DNA of 33,639 nucleotides from a virus (Duplodnaviria; Heunggongvirae; Uroviricota; Caudoviricetes): IMG/VR virus record IMGVR_UViG_2718218449_000004; one strand, 5' to 3'. Shown piece by piece: positions 1 to 9,062 of this stretch (position 1 is its first letter; each line of letters starts with the position of its first letter). The notes under the pieces were generated by a model. It saw only the letters and a program-made list of their open reading frames with translations, ran no database searches and was not told where the DNA came from. The position numbers and the translations under genes were made by a program.

Positions 1-900
1 TTAACGCAATAATGGACAATCTGGTGGTAATCGACAACGCAACGCCGCCGGAAGTATTTCAATATGGAAGTTTTGCCCACTCAACGGTTCGCCATCAAGA
101 TTAAAAGTGATTTCGTGTGGGGCTTGTATATCAAACCACGACGAAGCGCCTTCGATAATATTCGGGTTATCTTCGTCAGATTTTAAGGTTGATACGAGAG
201 CCGGAAGAATTTCATCGCCGGTAAAAATGCGCAGTTGCAGCAAGCCATCGTTAATTAACGCGTTCGGGCACAATTGTTGACCGCCACCGGCCTGACGCCC
301 GTTACCAATACCAATGACCAGGGCGTCACCTTGCCAGTGAAAGTTTTCACCGCGGATTTCACAACGGTCCGGTTGCAGAGTATCCATGCGCATTAAGCCA
401 TGAATGATGTAAGAGACGCCACCCAGCGCGGCTTTTAATTTTTCCGGCGTTTCTGTGGTAATACGCGTCCCAAATCCGCCTGTCGCCATATTAATAAAAC
501 AGGTTTGTTTGTTGACCTGCGCCATATCTATCGCAATGGCGTTACCGGCAATTGCCAGTTTCAGCGCCTTATCCAGTGCCTCAGGAATCCCTACACTGGT
601 GGCAAAATCATTGGCGGTTCCTAATGGCAAAATTCCCAGCGCGGGTATGTCATCCCCCTCACACTGAATCAACGCCGTAGAAACTTCATTAATGGTGCCA
701 TCGCCACCACCGGCAATCACCGTTGCGACGCCCAACTTCCGGGCCTCCTCTACATATCGTGCGGCATCGCCTTTCTCCCAGGTGACCCGCACATGGATCG
801 TCATTCCTTCCTCACGCAACAGCATAATTGCTTCGCGCAAGGGTAGATTGTCAGTACTTTTGCCATTAAGAATCAGTAAGCTGGCGGGAAATTCTGCCAT
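1..900 (-). CDS. yegS: Lipid kinase YegS (diacylglycerol-kinase-like catalytic domain)
   Basis: Complete 299-aa ORF, ATG at 898-900 and TAA at 1-3 on the minus strand; translation carries the GGDGT nucleotide-binding motif and reads as E. coli YegS from memory. Confidence 0.8.
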   Translation of the reverse strand: MAEFPASLLILNGKSTDNLPLREAIMLLREEGMTIHVRVTWEKGDAARYVEEARKLGVATVIAGGGDGTINEVSTALIQCEGDDIPALGILPLGTANDFATSVGIPEALDKALKLAIAGNAIAIDMAQVNKQTCFINMATGGFGTRITTETPEKLKAALGGVSYIIHGLMRMDTLQPDRCEIRGENFHWQGDALVIGIGNGRQAGGGQQLCPNALINDGLLQLRIFTGDEILPALVSTLKSDEDNPNIIEGASSWFDIQAPHEITFNLDGEPLSGQNFHIEILPAALRCRLPPDCPLLR

Positions 901-1305
901 GATCGTATGTGCCTTTATGATTGGTCTATAGATAGTGTAGAGCAGAAAAGAAAAGGTGGAGTCAGAACAGGATGAAAGTCGGAGGATAAATAGTCAGTTC
1001 AAGTATGGAGGATTCAGTGGTTACCACCAGGAGCTTGCAATGGGGACAGCGAATACTAACGGCAGCCACCGATAAATTTCAAAAAAGAGCATATACCTAA
1101 TATTCAACTAAACAGTGGCTTCTTCAATATAATATATTAAAGCCTCCATGGAGTTACCCGGAAGGGCCTCCATGTCCGTAATTCCTACTTATGTAGGAAA
1201 TGTTTTACAGAACATTTATTATAATCCTATTCAATTATAATAATCATGCCATTATTATATTTAAACACTAGAGAGTGTCGTTGGTATTTAATGGGGGAAG
1301 GTGAG

Positions 1306-1623
1306 ATGAAAAAGATAGCTGCTATATCATTAATTAGTGTTTTTCTTATGTCTGGTTGTGCTGTGCATAATGATGAGACAAGTATCGGTAAATTTGGTCT
1401 TGCATATAAAAGTAATATTCAGCGTAAACTCGATAACCAATACTACACCGAAGCCGAAGCTTCTTTAGCCAGGGGCAGAATATCTGGTGCAGAAAATATA
1501 GTAAAAAATGATGCAGCCCATTTCTGTGTTACTCAGGGCAAAAAAATGCAGATAGTTGACCTGAAGACAGAAGGTGCAGGATTACATGGCGTCGCTCGTC
1601 TGACATTCAAATGTGGAGAGTGA
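1306..1623 (+). CDS. yegR: Small lipoprotein (YegR-like); signal peptide with lipobox LMSGC
   Basis: Internal ATG at 1306 preceded by GGAAGGTGAG RBS; MKKIAAISLISVFLMSGC is a classic lipoprotein signal; position next to yegS matches the E. coli yegR locus. Confidence 0.6.
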   Translation: MKKIAAISLISVFLMSGCAVHNDETSIGKFGLAYKSNIQRKLDNQYYTEAEASLARGRISGAENIVKNDAAHFCVTQGKKMQIVDLKTEGAGLHGVARLTFKCGE

Positions 1624-1781
1624 GAATATTTTTTGGTAAGCGTCAAACATGCGCGTTCTGGTTGTGCTTAGCCGGAACCTGTGCGAGCACGATGCCGTTA
1701 CGTGAAAGGCATCGTGCTATGAAGGGAGATTCTATCGATGTGGTCAATGGAAGACGGTTATCAGGGATAGGGCTTATGCAT

Positions 1782-1808
1782 AAAAAATAAGCCCGTGTAA
1801 GGGAGATT
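1782..1808. other. Prophage attL core (P2 att core AAAAAATAAGCCCGTGTAAGGGAGATT)
   Basis: Exact 27-nt string read in the sequence, 80 bp beyond the integrase gene end; the P2 core sequence is recalled from memory, not searched. Confidence 0.6.
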
Positions 1809-1887
1809 TAGGGTGTCACCAGTAGGGGCTTTCAACGGTACAATGCGGGTTTGAGCGGCATAAATTACCACTGAAAGCCCTTAAACG

Positions 1888-2901
1888 TTACTCTACTGTG
1901 GACACTGTGTGGACACTCTCGGCCTCAGTACCACCTCTTAGCGGATTAAGAGAAATGGCGTCCTGAAGGTACTCTGGCGCAAAATGAGCGTAAACCATAG
2001 TTTGCTCAATCCGCGTGTGACCTAGTATCCGTTGTAGCGTGATAATACTTCCTCCATTAATCATGAAATGAGTGGCAAAGCTGTGCCTTAGTGCATGTGT
2101 GGCTTGCCCCATTGGCAAATCCGGTTTTATTGCTTTCATTGTTCGTCTGAAGCGAGGGTAATCAGCATCAGGGAATAAAAAACCTCGTTTGTTATCCGCG
2201 ATCATTTTGGCAACAGCCTCTGAGATCGGGACGGTGCGTGGTTTGTTTGTTTTCGTTTTAACAAACGTGACGCGGTTATGGATGATATTTTCTGCTTTCA
2301 AACGAGCTGCTTCTCCCCAACGTGCTCCTGTACTTAGGCAAAGAATCGCAATCTTTTTATTGTCGCCGTCAAGTGCTGCAAGCAGTAAGGCTATTTCTTC
2401 CTGTGTGAGATAGCCTGTTTCTGGTTTTTCCTCCTTAAGCCTCTTTGTCCCTCTGATAGGATGCTCACCAAAGAATAACTCCGCTTCAATCAGGGCTGTA
2501 AACATGCCGCTAATACATGTTAAATCACGATTGATACTCGAAGGTTTAATACCCTGACTTCTTCGGGTGGCGCAGTACTGGCTGATAAGGGATTTCGTGA
2601 TTTGAAATGCGCATGGGTCATTCGTTATTTTTGTGAAGATTTCAATTTTTCCAAGATTAGATTTCCCATGCTCTTCGTGTTTACCCTTTAAATCCCACCA
2701 GATCTGTGTCAGTTCCGACAGACGTCGTTTGTCTGTTGGTTTTGATAGCCATTCTTTATTGTGGTGGTTGTACAACGTGTATTTTTCGAAAGCGACAGCT
2801 TCGCTTTTCTTATCAAACTTCCTACGGATGCGTTTTCCGTTACGTCCAGTAGGGCGGATGTCCACTTCATATCGACCATCATCGAGTTTTTTGATTGCCA
2901 T
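1888..2901 (-). CDS. int: Tyrosine integrase (P2 Int-like)
   Basis: 337-aa ORF adjacent to the att core; C-terminal HxLRHxF...Y tyrosine-recombinase signature (ATHALRHSFATHF...VYAHF); ATG at 2899-2901. Confidence 0.93.
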   Translation of the reverse strand: MAIKKLDDGRYEVDIRPTGRNGKRIRRKFDKKSEAVAFEKYTLYNHHNKEWLSKPTDKRRLSELTQIWWDLKGKHEEHGKSNLGKIEIFTKITNDPCAFQITKSLISQYCATRRSQGIKPSSINRDLTCISGMFTALIEAELFFGEHPIRGTKRLKEEKPETGYLTQEEIALLLAALDGDNKKIAILCLSTGARWGEAARLKAENIIHNRVTFVKTKTNKPRTVPISEAVAKMIADNKRGFLFPDADYPRFRRTMKAIKPDLPMGQATHALRHSFATHFMINGGSIITLQRILGHTRIEQTMVYAHFAPEYLQDAISLNPLRGGTEAESVHTVSTVE

Positions 2902-3016
2902 CAGAAAACCCTCCGAGTGGTACTTTTTTTTGCTACTACTAATCGCTTTTTTCGTGGTGGCTGAAATTTAGCCACCAATAGTAGGCACTTGTGATGAATA
3001 TATTCACGATAAATTG

Positions 3017-3316
3017 TTAACCAGTCTTTTGACCGGAGTGGGGCGACGTTGTTTCGTTTTGCCCAAAGTGTGCGAGAGCGGGCGCAATTTGCCCGGCTTC
3101 TGGAGCTACCTGATCAGTCATGAACCACAAAGTATATTTAGTAAATCTAGGATGTTGTAAGACCTTCATTATGGCTTCAACTCCAGCGTTTTTTGACCGG
3201 CTCTCATAGCTCGAAAGTGAGCTGTAGGCTACACCAGTTAATTCACTGAATTCTTTACGGTTTAACCTTTCAGATTCACGGATTAGCTTCAACTTCTCCG
3301 AAACGTCTATTGACAT
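3017..3316 (-). CDS. C: Immunity repressor C (helix-turn-helix)
   Basis: Small leftward ORF between int and cox; start moved to the internal ATG at 3314-3316 (MSIDVSEKLKLIRE...); HTH-like segment FSELTGVAYSSLSSYE. Confidence 0.75.
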   Translation of the reverse strand: MSIDVSEKLKLIRESERLNRKEFSELTGVAYSSLSSYESRSKNAGVEAIMKVLQHPRFTKYTLWFMTDQVAPEAGQIAPALAHFGQNETTSPHSGQKTG

Positions 3317-3393
3317 AATTACTCCGATTGCGTAATTTCTTGCTGATAGTGTGAAATGTTGTGCTTCTGGAGTTATCCTTTTAGGCAATAATT

Positions 3394-3412
3394 AGCCATT
3401 AGGAGCCATTAG
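3394..3412. promoter_or_regulatory. Tandem direct repeat AGCCATTAG-G-AGCCATTAG; candidate repressor operator in the Pe/Pc switch region
   Basis: Two identical 9-mers at 3394-3402 and 3404-3412 (10-bp period), about 25 bp upstream of the cox ATG in the C/cox divergent intergenic region. Confidence 0.3.
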
Positions 3413-3437
3413 AAGCACTAAGGGAGAATCGTAGCAG

Positions 3438-3713
3438 ATGAATAGACAGCTTGTAAGCGTGACTGATGCCGTGCCTTATCAGGAGTTTGCAAAACTCATT
3501 GGTAAAACTCCAAGAGCTGTAAGGGGCATGATTGAGAAAGGGAAATTACCAGTTATTGAGATTACTGACCCTCAGTCAGTATCGGGGCGTGCTGGTGAAT
3601 ATTGGGTATACCTTCCGGCATGGAATAACGGACTAAAACTGGCTTATGAAAGCCGTCCTAAAGAGATTCGTGACGGCTGGTTGATGTGGTTAGGTCTCGG
3701 TGAACCACGTTAA
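3438..3713 (+). CDS. cox: Cox (excisionase / early-promoter regulator)
   Basis: 91 aa; translation closely matches P2 Cox as recalled (...GRAGEYWVYLPAWNNGLKLAYESRPKEIRDGWLMWLGLGEPR). Confidence 0.9.
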   Translation: MNRQLVSVTDAVPYQEFAKLIGKTPRAVRGMIEKGKLPVIEITDPQSVSGRAGEYWVYLPAWNNGLKLAYESRPKEIRDGWLMWLGLGEPR

Positions 3714-3723
3714 GGAGAACCGT

Positions 3724-3894
3724 ATGAATGAGCCTCGTTGTATTGCTCAGTTATTGCGTAACGAAAGCCCCAGGGCGATTGACTTCACCATCACCCACGG
3801 TAAGGGGCGTAAGGGAATCATTATCCGCACCAAAAAACAGAGTCCGTTAAAAAAGGCTCTGACCTTTCTGAAAAGCCGGAGGGTCTGGAAATGA
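3724..3894 (+). CDS. Hypothetical early protein (orf78-position), basic 56 aa
   Basis: ATG at 3724 with AAGGAG RBS 6 nt upstream; the track ORF start at 3700 is GTG. No motif recognised. Confidence 0.45.
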   Translation: MNEPRCIAQLLRNESPRAIDFTITHGKGRKGIIIRTKKQSPLKKALTFLKSRRVWK

Positions 3895-4391
3895 CAGTGA
3901 TGACGCTCAATCTCGTTGAAAAACAGCCAGCAGCTATGCGCCGGATAATTGGCAAGCATCTTGCCGTCCCTCGCTGGCAGGATACATGTGATTATTATAA
4001 TCAGATGATGGAACGCGAACGGCTAACGGTTTGCTTCCATGCGCAGTTAAAACAGCGTCACGCAACGATGCGTTTTGAAGAAATGAACGACGTCGAACGT
4101 GAACGGCTGGTTTGTGCAATTGATGAATTGCGTGGGGCATTCTCAAAACGCCGTCAGGTTGGCGCAAGTGAGTATGCATATATTAGTTTTTTAACAGTCA
4201 GTCAGCGTCGTACTTTATTTATGCATGCCGGATTGACTGAAAAAGAATTCAACCAGCCATACTGGCGAATTAATGAAGAATCATGTTACTGGCGTGATGC
4301 TTTATTCCGTGCATTACGTGAATTATTCAGCCTGTTTGAGTATGCACCGACAATTCTGACGTCGGTAAAACCAGAGCAATATCTGCATTAA
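3891..4391 (+). CDS. B: Replication protein B (helicase-loader-like)
   Basis: 166 aa, same size and position as P2 gpB; ATG at 3891 with GGAG RBS. Confidence 0.75.
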   Translation: MTVMTLNLVEKQPAAMRRIIGKHLAVPRWQDTCDYYNQMMERERLTVCFHAQLKQRHATMRFEEMNDVERERLVCAIDELRGAFSKRRQVGASEYAYISFLTVSQRRTLFMHAGLTEKEFNQPYWRINEESCYWRDALFRALRELFSLFEYAPTILTSVKPEQYLH

Positions 4392-4454
4392 ATAATTAAC
4401 CAGAGTTTTTAACGCACTTAATCGTGCGGGGCTTCTTTTTGCCTGGAGAAAGTC

Positions 4455-4679
4455 ATGCATACAGTTTCTGAAAACAAGTGCGGTAAATACGCATTACTGC
4501 TGCAACAGGCCAGAGCCGAAGCACAGGCCGACGCAGCGACACGCTTTTCTTCTCATCTTGACGCCATGATTCGCCATATCACAAAGGCGGAGTTATCCCG
4601 CGTGGAGATAGTCGAGCTGCTCAGTCAGGAGTCGGAAAAATTTCACAATATCGGATTGTCTCGCGGGGAGGTGCTTTGA
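4455..4679 (+). CDS. Hypothetical early protein (P2 orf80 position)
   Basis: 74-aa ORF with GGAGA RBS, in the B-to-A early operon. Confidence 0.55.
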   Translation: MHTVSENKCGKYALLLQQARAEAQADAATRFSSHLDAMIRHITKAELSRVEIVELLSQESEKFHNIGLSRGEVL

Positions 4680-4978
4680 TGTCCTGTTCTCATTCAGTTG
4701 TATTACTGAATAACGCCTTAAAAATCGCCGTTATGAAAAATGGCGATTTGTCTCTTATTCAACTTTGCCTTGATAAAGAAAAACGCGACATAACTGAATC
4801 TGTTATCGCGATTTATCAGAATGAATTAAACCTCCTGTCTGATGTGGTCAATTTACTTGTTAAACGCGCTGTATTCCACAAGCAAATTTCCTCAGTGGAT
4901 GAACTGACAAAATTAACGACAGAACTTGCCAGTTATTGCGCTGATGTATCCAGGAAACTTAACGATAAAAGGAGCTGA
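4679..4978 (+). CDS. Hypothetical early protein (P2 orf81 position)
   Basis: Track ORF begins with TTG at 4676; likely ATG at 4679 (MSCSHSV...) with GGGAG RBS 8 nt upstream. Confidence 0.55.
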   Translation: MSCSHSVVLLNNALKIAVMKNGDLSLIQLCLDKEKRDITESVIAIYQNELNLLSDVVNLLVKRAVFHKQISSVDELTKLTTELASYCADVSRKLNDKRS

Positions 4979-4980
4979 TA

Positions 4981-5205
4981 ATGCCGGACAACGTAGATTT
5001 TATTCAGGAACAACAGGCTGAATTACTGGAGCGCCAGATTAACGCGGCAAGGGTAAAACATTGCGGTGCTTCTGCGCTGGTTTGCGAAGAGTGTGACGCG
5101 CCAATACCTGCTGCCCGTCGTGCGGCTTACCCGTCAGCCACGCGTTGTGTTTCCTGTCAGTCAGTCTTTGAAGCAAAAAACAAACGTTACCGGAGAACGG
5201 CATGA
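4981..5205 (+). CDS. TraR/DksA-family C4 zinc-finger protein (P2 orf82 position)
   Basis: 74 aa with CxxC-N17-CxxC (CEECDAPIP...CVSC), typical of phage TraR/DksA-like zinc fingers. Confidence 0.65.
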   Translation: MPDNVDFIQEQQAELLERQINAARVKHCGASALVCEECDAPIPAARRAAYPSATRCVSCQSVFEAKNKRYRRTA

Positions 5206-5477
5206 GTATTCGTATTGAAATTGGCGAACGTTATGTCGTTACCAGTGACAGCTTTCAGTTTATTCTCCACGAGAAAAAGAGAGCGGAAAGCGGTAAAAAC
5301 GCCGGTCAGGAATGGCTGGCGGTGGTTGGTTATTACCCGAAATTAAGCCAGCTCGTTTCCGGCCTGATGCATCACGATATTCTGACCGGAAGCGCAAAGT
5401 CTTTTGCTGATTTAAACGCGCAGGTTGAGCAACTCAGCAAGCGTTGCTCAGAGGCTTTTGGCTCATATGGCCGTTAA
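5202..5477 (+). CDS. Hypothetical early protein (P2 orf83 position)
   Basis: 91-aa ORF whose stop overlaps the A start; ATG at 5202. Confidence 0.55.
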   Translation: MSIRIEIGERYVVTSDSFQFILHEKKRAESGKNAGQEWLAVVGYYPKLSQLVSGLMHHDILTGSAKSFADLNAQVEQLSKRCSEAFGSYGR

Positions 5478-7749
5478 AGCCTCCGGGCGTTTTGTCCCTC
5501 CGTCAGCATTTGCTGCAGGCACCGGTAAGGCGTTTACCGGTGCTTATGCATGGAACGCGCCACGCGAGGCCGTCGGGCGCGAAAGACCCCTTACACGTGA
5601 CGAGATGCGTCAGGTGCAAGGTGTTTTATCCACGATTAACCGCCTGCCTTACTTTTTGCGCTCGCTGTTTACTTCACGCTATGACCACATCCGGCGCAAT
5701 AAAAGCCCGGTGCACGGGTTTTATTTCCTCACATCCACTTTTCAGCGTCGTTTATGGCCGCGCATTGAGCGTGTGAATCAGCGCCATGAAATGAACACCG
5801 ACGCGTCGTTACTGTTTCTGGCAGAGCGTGACCACTATGCGCGCCTGCCGGGAATGAATGACAAGGAGCTGAAAAAGTTTGCTGCCCGTATCTCATCGCA
5901 GCTTTTCATGATGTATGGGGAACTCAGTGATGCCTGGGTGGATGCGCATGGCGAAAAAGAATCGCTGTTTACGGATGAGGCGCAGGCTCACCTCTATGGT
6001 CATGTTGCTGGCGCTGCACGTGCTTTCAATATTTCCCCTCTCTACTGGAAAATATACCGTAAAGGGCAGATGACCACGAGGCAGGCATATTCTGCCATTG
6101 CCCGTCTGTTTAACGATGAGTGGTGGACTCATCAGCTTAAAGGCCAGCGTATGCGCTGGCATGAAGCGTTACTGATAGCTGTCGGGGAGGTCAATAAAGA
6201 CCGTTCTCCTTATGCCAGTAAACACGCCATTCGTGATGTGCGTGCGCGCCGCCAGGCAAATCTGGAATTTCTTAAATCGTGTGACCTTGAAAACAGGGAA
6301 ACCGGCGAGCGCATCGACCTTATCAGTAAGGTGATGGGCAGTATTTCTAATCCTGAAATTCGCCGGATGGAGCTGATGAACACCATTGCCGGTATTGAGC
6401 GTTACGCCGCCGCAGAGGGTGATGTGGGGATGTTTATCACGCTGACCGCGCCGTCAAAGTATCACCCGACACGTCAGGTCAGAAAAGGCGAAAGTAAAAC
6501 CGTTCAGCTTAATCACGGCTGGAACGATGAGGCATTTAATCCAAAGGATGCGCAGCGTTATCTCTGCCGCATCTGGAGCCTGATGCGCACGGCATTCAAG
6601 GATAATGATTTACAGGTCTACGGTTTGCGTGTCGTCGAGCCACACCACGACGGAACGCCGCACTGGCATATGATGCTTTTTTGTAATCCACGCCAGCGTA
6701 ACCAGATTATCGAAATCATGCGTCGCTACGCGCTCAAAGAGGATGGAGACGAAAGAGGAGCTGCGCGAAACCGTTTTCAGGCAAAACACCTTAACCGGGG
6801 CGGTGCTGCGGGATATATCGCGAAATACATTTCAAAAAACATCGACGGCTATGCACTGGATGGTCAGCTCGATAACGATACCGGTAAGCCGCTTAAAGAT
6901 ACTGCCGCGGCTGTTACCGCATGGGCGTCAACGTGGCGCATTCCGCAATTTAAAACGGTTGGACTGCCGACAATGGGGGCTTACCGTGAACTACGCAAAT
7001 TGCCTCGCGGCGTCAGTATTGCTGATGAGTTTGACGAACGCGTCGAGGCTGCTCGCGCTGCCGCAGACAGTGGTGATTTTGCGTTGTATATCAGCGCGCA
7101 GGGTGGGGCAAATGTCCCGCGCGATTGTCAGACTGTCAGGGTCGCCCGTAGCCCGTCGGATGACGTTAACGAGTACGAGGAAGAAGTCGAGAGAGTGGTC
7201 GGCATTTACGCGCCGCATCTCGGCGCGCGTCATATTCATATCACCAGAACGACGGACTGGCGCATTGTGCCGAAAGTTCCGGTCGTTGAGCCTTTGACTT
7301 TAAAAAGCGGCATCGCCGCGCCTCGGAGTCCTGTCAATAACTGTGGAAAACTCACCGGTGGTGATACTTCGTTACCGGCTCCCACACCGACTGAGCATGC
7401 TGCAGCGGTGTTAAATTTAATAGATGAAGGGATTCTAAGTTGGACCGAGCCAGGCATTATGAAGGTACTTAGAGACTTATTGAGTAATGAACTGAAATGC
7501 AGTAATCGTTCACAGCAGAGCTTTACCCCTTTCAATGGTCGAAGCTACTTTCCTGCCCCATCCGCCCGGTTGACAAGGCAGGAGAGAAAGACTATCCCGA
7601 AAATTAAGGTTCTTCTTGCACAAAGTGACATTCAGGCTAGTTATTGGGAGCTTGAAGCTCTCGCTCGCGGAGCTGTTTTGGATTTTGGGCATAAGCGTTT
7701 TAAATTTGATAACGATATCGACTTTTTTGACAGACAGCGTGAGTGGTAG
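5467..7749 (+). CDS. A: Replication initiation endonuclease A (rolling-circle initiator)
   Basis: Track ORF starts at TTG 5425; true ATG at 5467 (MAVKASGRFVPPSAF...). Near-identical over most of its length to P2 gpA as recalled, including HWHMMLF and the AAGYIAKYISKNIDGY active-site tyrosine region. Confidence 0.93.
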   Translation: MAVKASGRFVPPSAFAAGTGKAFTGAYAWNAPREAVGRERPLTRDEMRQVQGVLSTINRLPYFLRSLFTSRYDHIRRNKSPVHGFYFLTSTFQRRLWPRIERVNQRHEMNTDASLLFLAERDHYARLPGMNDKELKKFAARISSQLFMMYGELSDAWVDAHGEKESLFTDEAQAHLYGHVAGAARAFNISPLYWKIYRKGQMTTRQAYSAIARLFNDEWWTHQLKGQRMRWHEALLIAVGEVNKDRSPYASKHAIRDVRARRQANLEFLKSCDLENRETGERIDLISKVMGSISNPEIRRMELMNTIAGIERYAAAEGDVGMFITLTAPSKYHPTRQVRKGESKTVQLNHGWNDEAFNPKDAQRYLCRIWSLMRTAFKDNDLQVYGLRVVEPHHDGTPHWHMMLFCNPRQRNQIIEIMRRYALKEDGDERGAARNRFQAKHLNRGGAAGYIAKYISKNIDGYALDGQLDNDTGKPLKDTAAAVTAWASTWRIPQFKTVGLPTMGAYRELRKLPRGVSIADEFDERVEAARAAADSGDFALYISAQGGANVPRDCQTVRVARSPSDDVNEYEEEVERVVGIYAPHLGARHIHITRTTDWRIVPKVPVVEPLTLKSGIAAPRSPVNNCGKLTGGDTSLPAPTPTEHAAAVLNLIDEGILSWTEPGIMKVLRDLLSNELKCSNRSQQSFTPFNGRSYFPAPSARLTRQERKTIPKIKVLLAQSDIQASYWELEALARGAVLDFGHKRFKFDNDIDFFDRQREW

Positions 7750-7838
7750 TTGAAAAAAACGGTCAAACGGGGTAACAATATGTTATTGTTGAGGAATTGT
7801 TTGTTATAGTTTAATTTTTATACACGGCAGAAAAGCAT

Positions 7839-9062
7839 ATGAGCATGGTTGAATGGATAAGCCACGAGAAAAAAGATAGCCTGATACTATTTGTACATGG
7901 ATTAAATGGTGGTTTGGAAACATGGAACTTTAATAAAGAAACTTCATTTCCAAAACTATTAGCAGAAGATGAAGACATTGGCAATGTATTTGATATTGCA
8001 TGTTTCAATTATTTCACCAAATTTACACAAACGTATGCTAAAACGTCAGGATTATGGGCTCGTATTTTCTCTAAGAAAAATAAGTTAGAGAGAAATTTAC
8101 CAACTGATGAAATAGCTGAGTTATTGTATACTGAGATTAGGGTAACGCTAAGTGATTACTCTCGAATTATAATAATCGCCCATAGTATGGGGGGGGTAAT
8201 ATCAAAAAATCTAATTCTAAAAAAAGTTGAGCATGAGGAACAATCTAATATAATTGGATTCATTTCGTTAGCAGTCCCTCACTTTGGTGCTAAATTGGCG
8301 AATATAACTTCAATGGTATCTTCAAATGCTCAGTTAGTAGATCTTGGATTGTTAAGTGAAGCGACCGATACGTTGAATAGGCGCTGGATAAATTGTAGCA
8401 AAAAACTTCCTATCACTAGATATGTTTATGGTTCTCATGACACTATAGTTGATAAAAAAAGCGCATTACCGATGGATAGTGAACGAAATAACTCAATTGC
8501 AGTTAATGAAGGGCATAGCTCAATTTGCAAGCCCGAAAACAGCTCGTCTACAGTGTTTGTTGCGGTAAAGCAATTTATTCAGCAGATAAATTTAGAAGCA
8601 CCCAAGAAGATATGTGTTGAGCGTTTTTCTGATGAGAAACAATATGATAATGAGTATTTCGTCTTAAAAATGATTGTCGCAGATATACATCAGGATATCG
8701 CTATGCATGCAAAGGAATATTATTATAATGCTGAGCTTGCGAGAAATATTTTTACGAGTGATTACGATAGGAAACTACTTGGTCATTTGTATTCTAAAAT
8801 AAGGGAGATTTACCAGGAAGAGTATGAGCAATATATCGCGAATTCAATTTCCCCAGATAAATTTATTGCTGCTGTTCATAGACGAATAGCCCAAGAGGAT
8901 AAGTCGTCGTTAGATTCTCTTATAAAAAGTTTAGAAACGATACATAAGAAAGGAATGTTGCATCAACTGGCTAACAAAAATGACAGGGATATTGTCTGGT
9001 CATCTGAAACCAGCGTAGAAACTTTGGAGCAATTACGGCGAGGTAATCATGAAGAAAAATAA
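7839..9062 (+). CDS. Alpha/beta-hydrolase-fold protein (lipase/esterase-like, DUF676/PGAP1-like N-terminus) with a C-terminal helical domain; candidate defence effector (LmuA-like)
   Basis: 407 aa. LILFVHGLNGG near the N-terminus and nucleophile elbow IIIAHSMGG (Ser116); candidate triad Ser116/Asp201/His226. First gene of an AT-rich operon at the tin/old position. Confidence 0.6.
   Translation: MSMVEWISHEKKDSLILFVHGLNGGLETWNFNKETSFPKLLAEDEDIGNVFDIACFNYFTKFTQTYAKTSGLWARIFSKKNKLERNLPTDEIAELLYTEIRVTLSDYSRIIIIAHSMGGVISKNLILKKVEHEEQSNIIGFISLAVPHFGAKLANITSMVSSNAQLVDLGLLSEATDTLNRRWINCSKKLPITRYVYGSHDTIVDKKSALPMDSERNNSIAVNEGHSSICKPENSSSTVFVAVKQFIQQINLEAPKKICVERFSDEKQYDNEYFVLKMIVADIHQDIAMHAKEYYYNAELARNIFTSDYDRKLLGHLYSKIREIYQEEYEQYIANSISPDKFIAAVHRRIAQEDKSSLDSLIKSLETIHKKGMLHQLANKNDRDIVWSSETSVETLEQLRRGNHEEK

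Noticed and set aside
455-931. Plus-strand ORFs 455-667 and 692-931 overlapping yegS
   Set aside because: They lie antisense within a well-supported gene and have low-complexity Ala/Ser/Pro-rich translations typical of spurious frames; no RBS.
2189-2971. Plus-strand ORFs antisense to the integrase gene
   Set aside because: Embedded in the int coding region on the opposite strand; no motifs.
5425-5466. Upstream extension of gene A from the track start at 5425
   Set aside because: The codon at 5425 is TTG; the conserved P2 gpA N-terminus begins at ATG 5467.
5444-7692. ORFs nested in or antisense to gene A (5444-5776, 5893-6162, 6743-7297, 6991-7535, 7510-7692)
   Set aside because: All overlap a continuous, highly conserved coding frame; no independent start signals.
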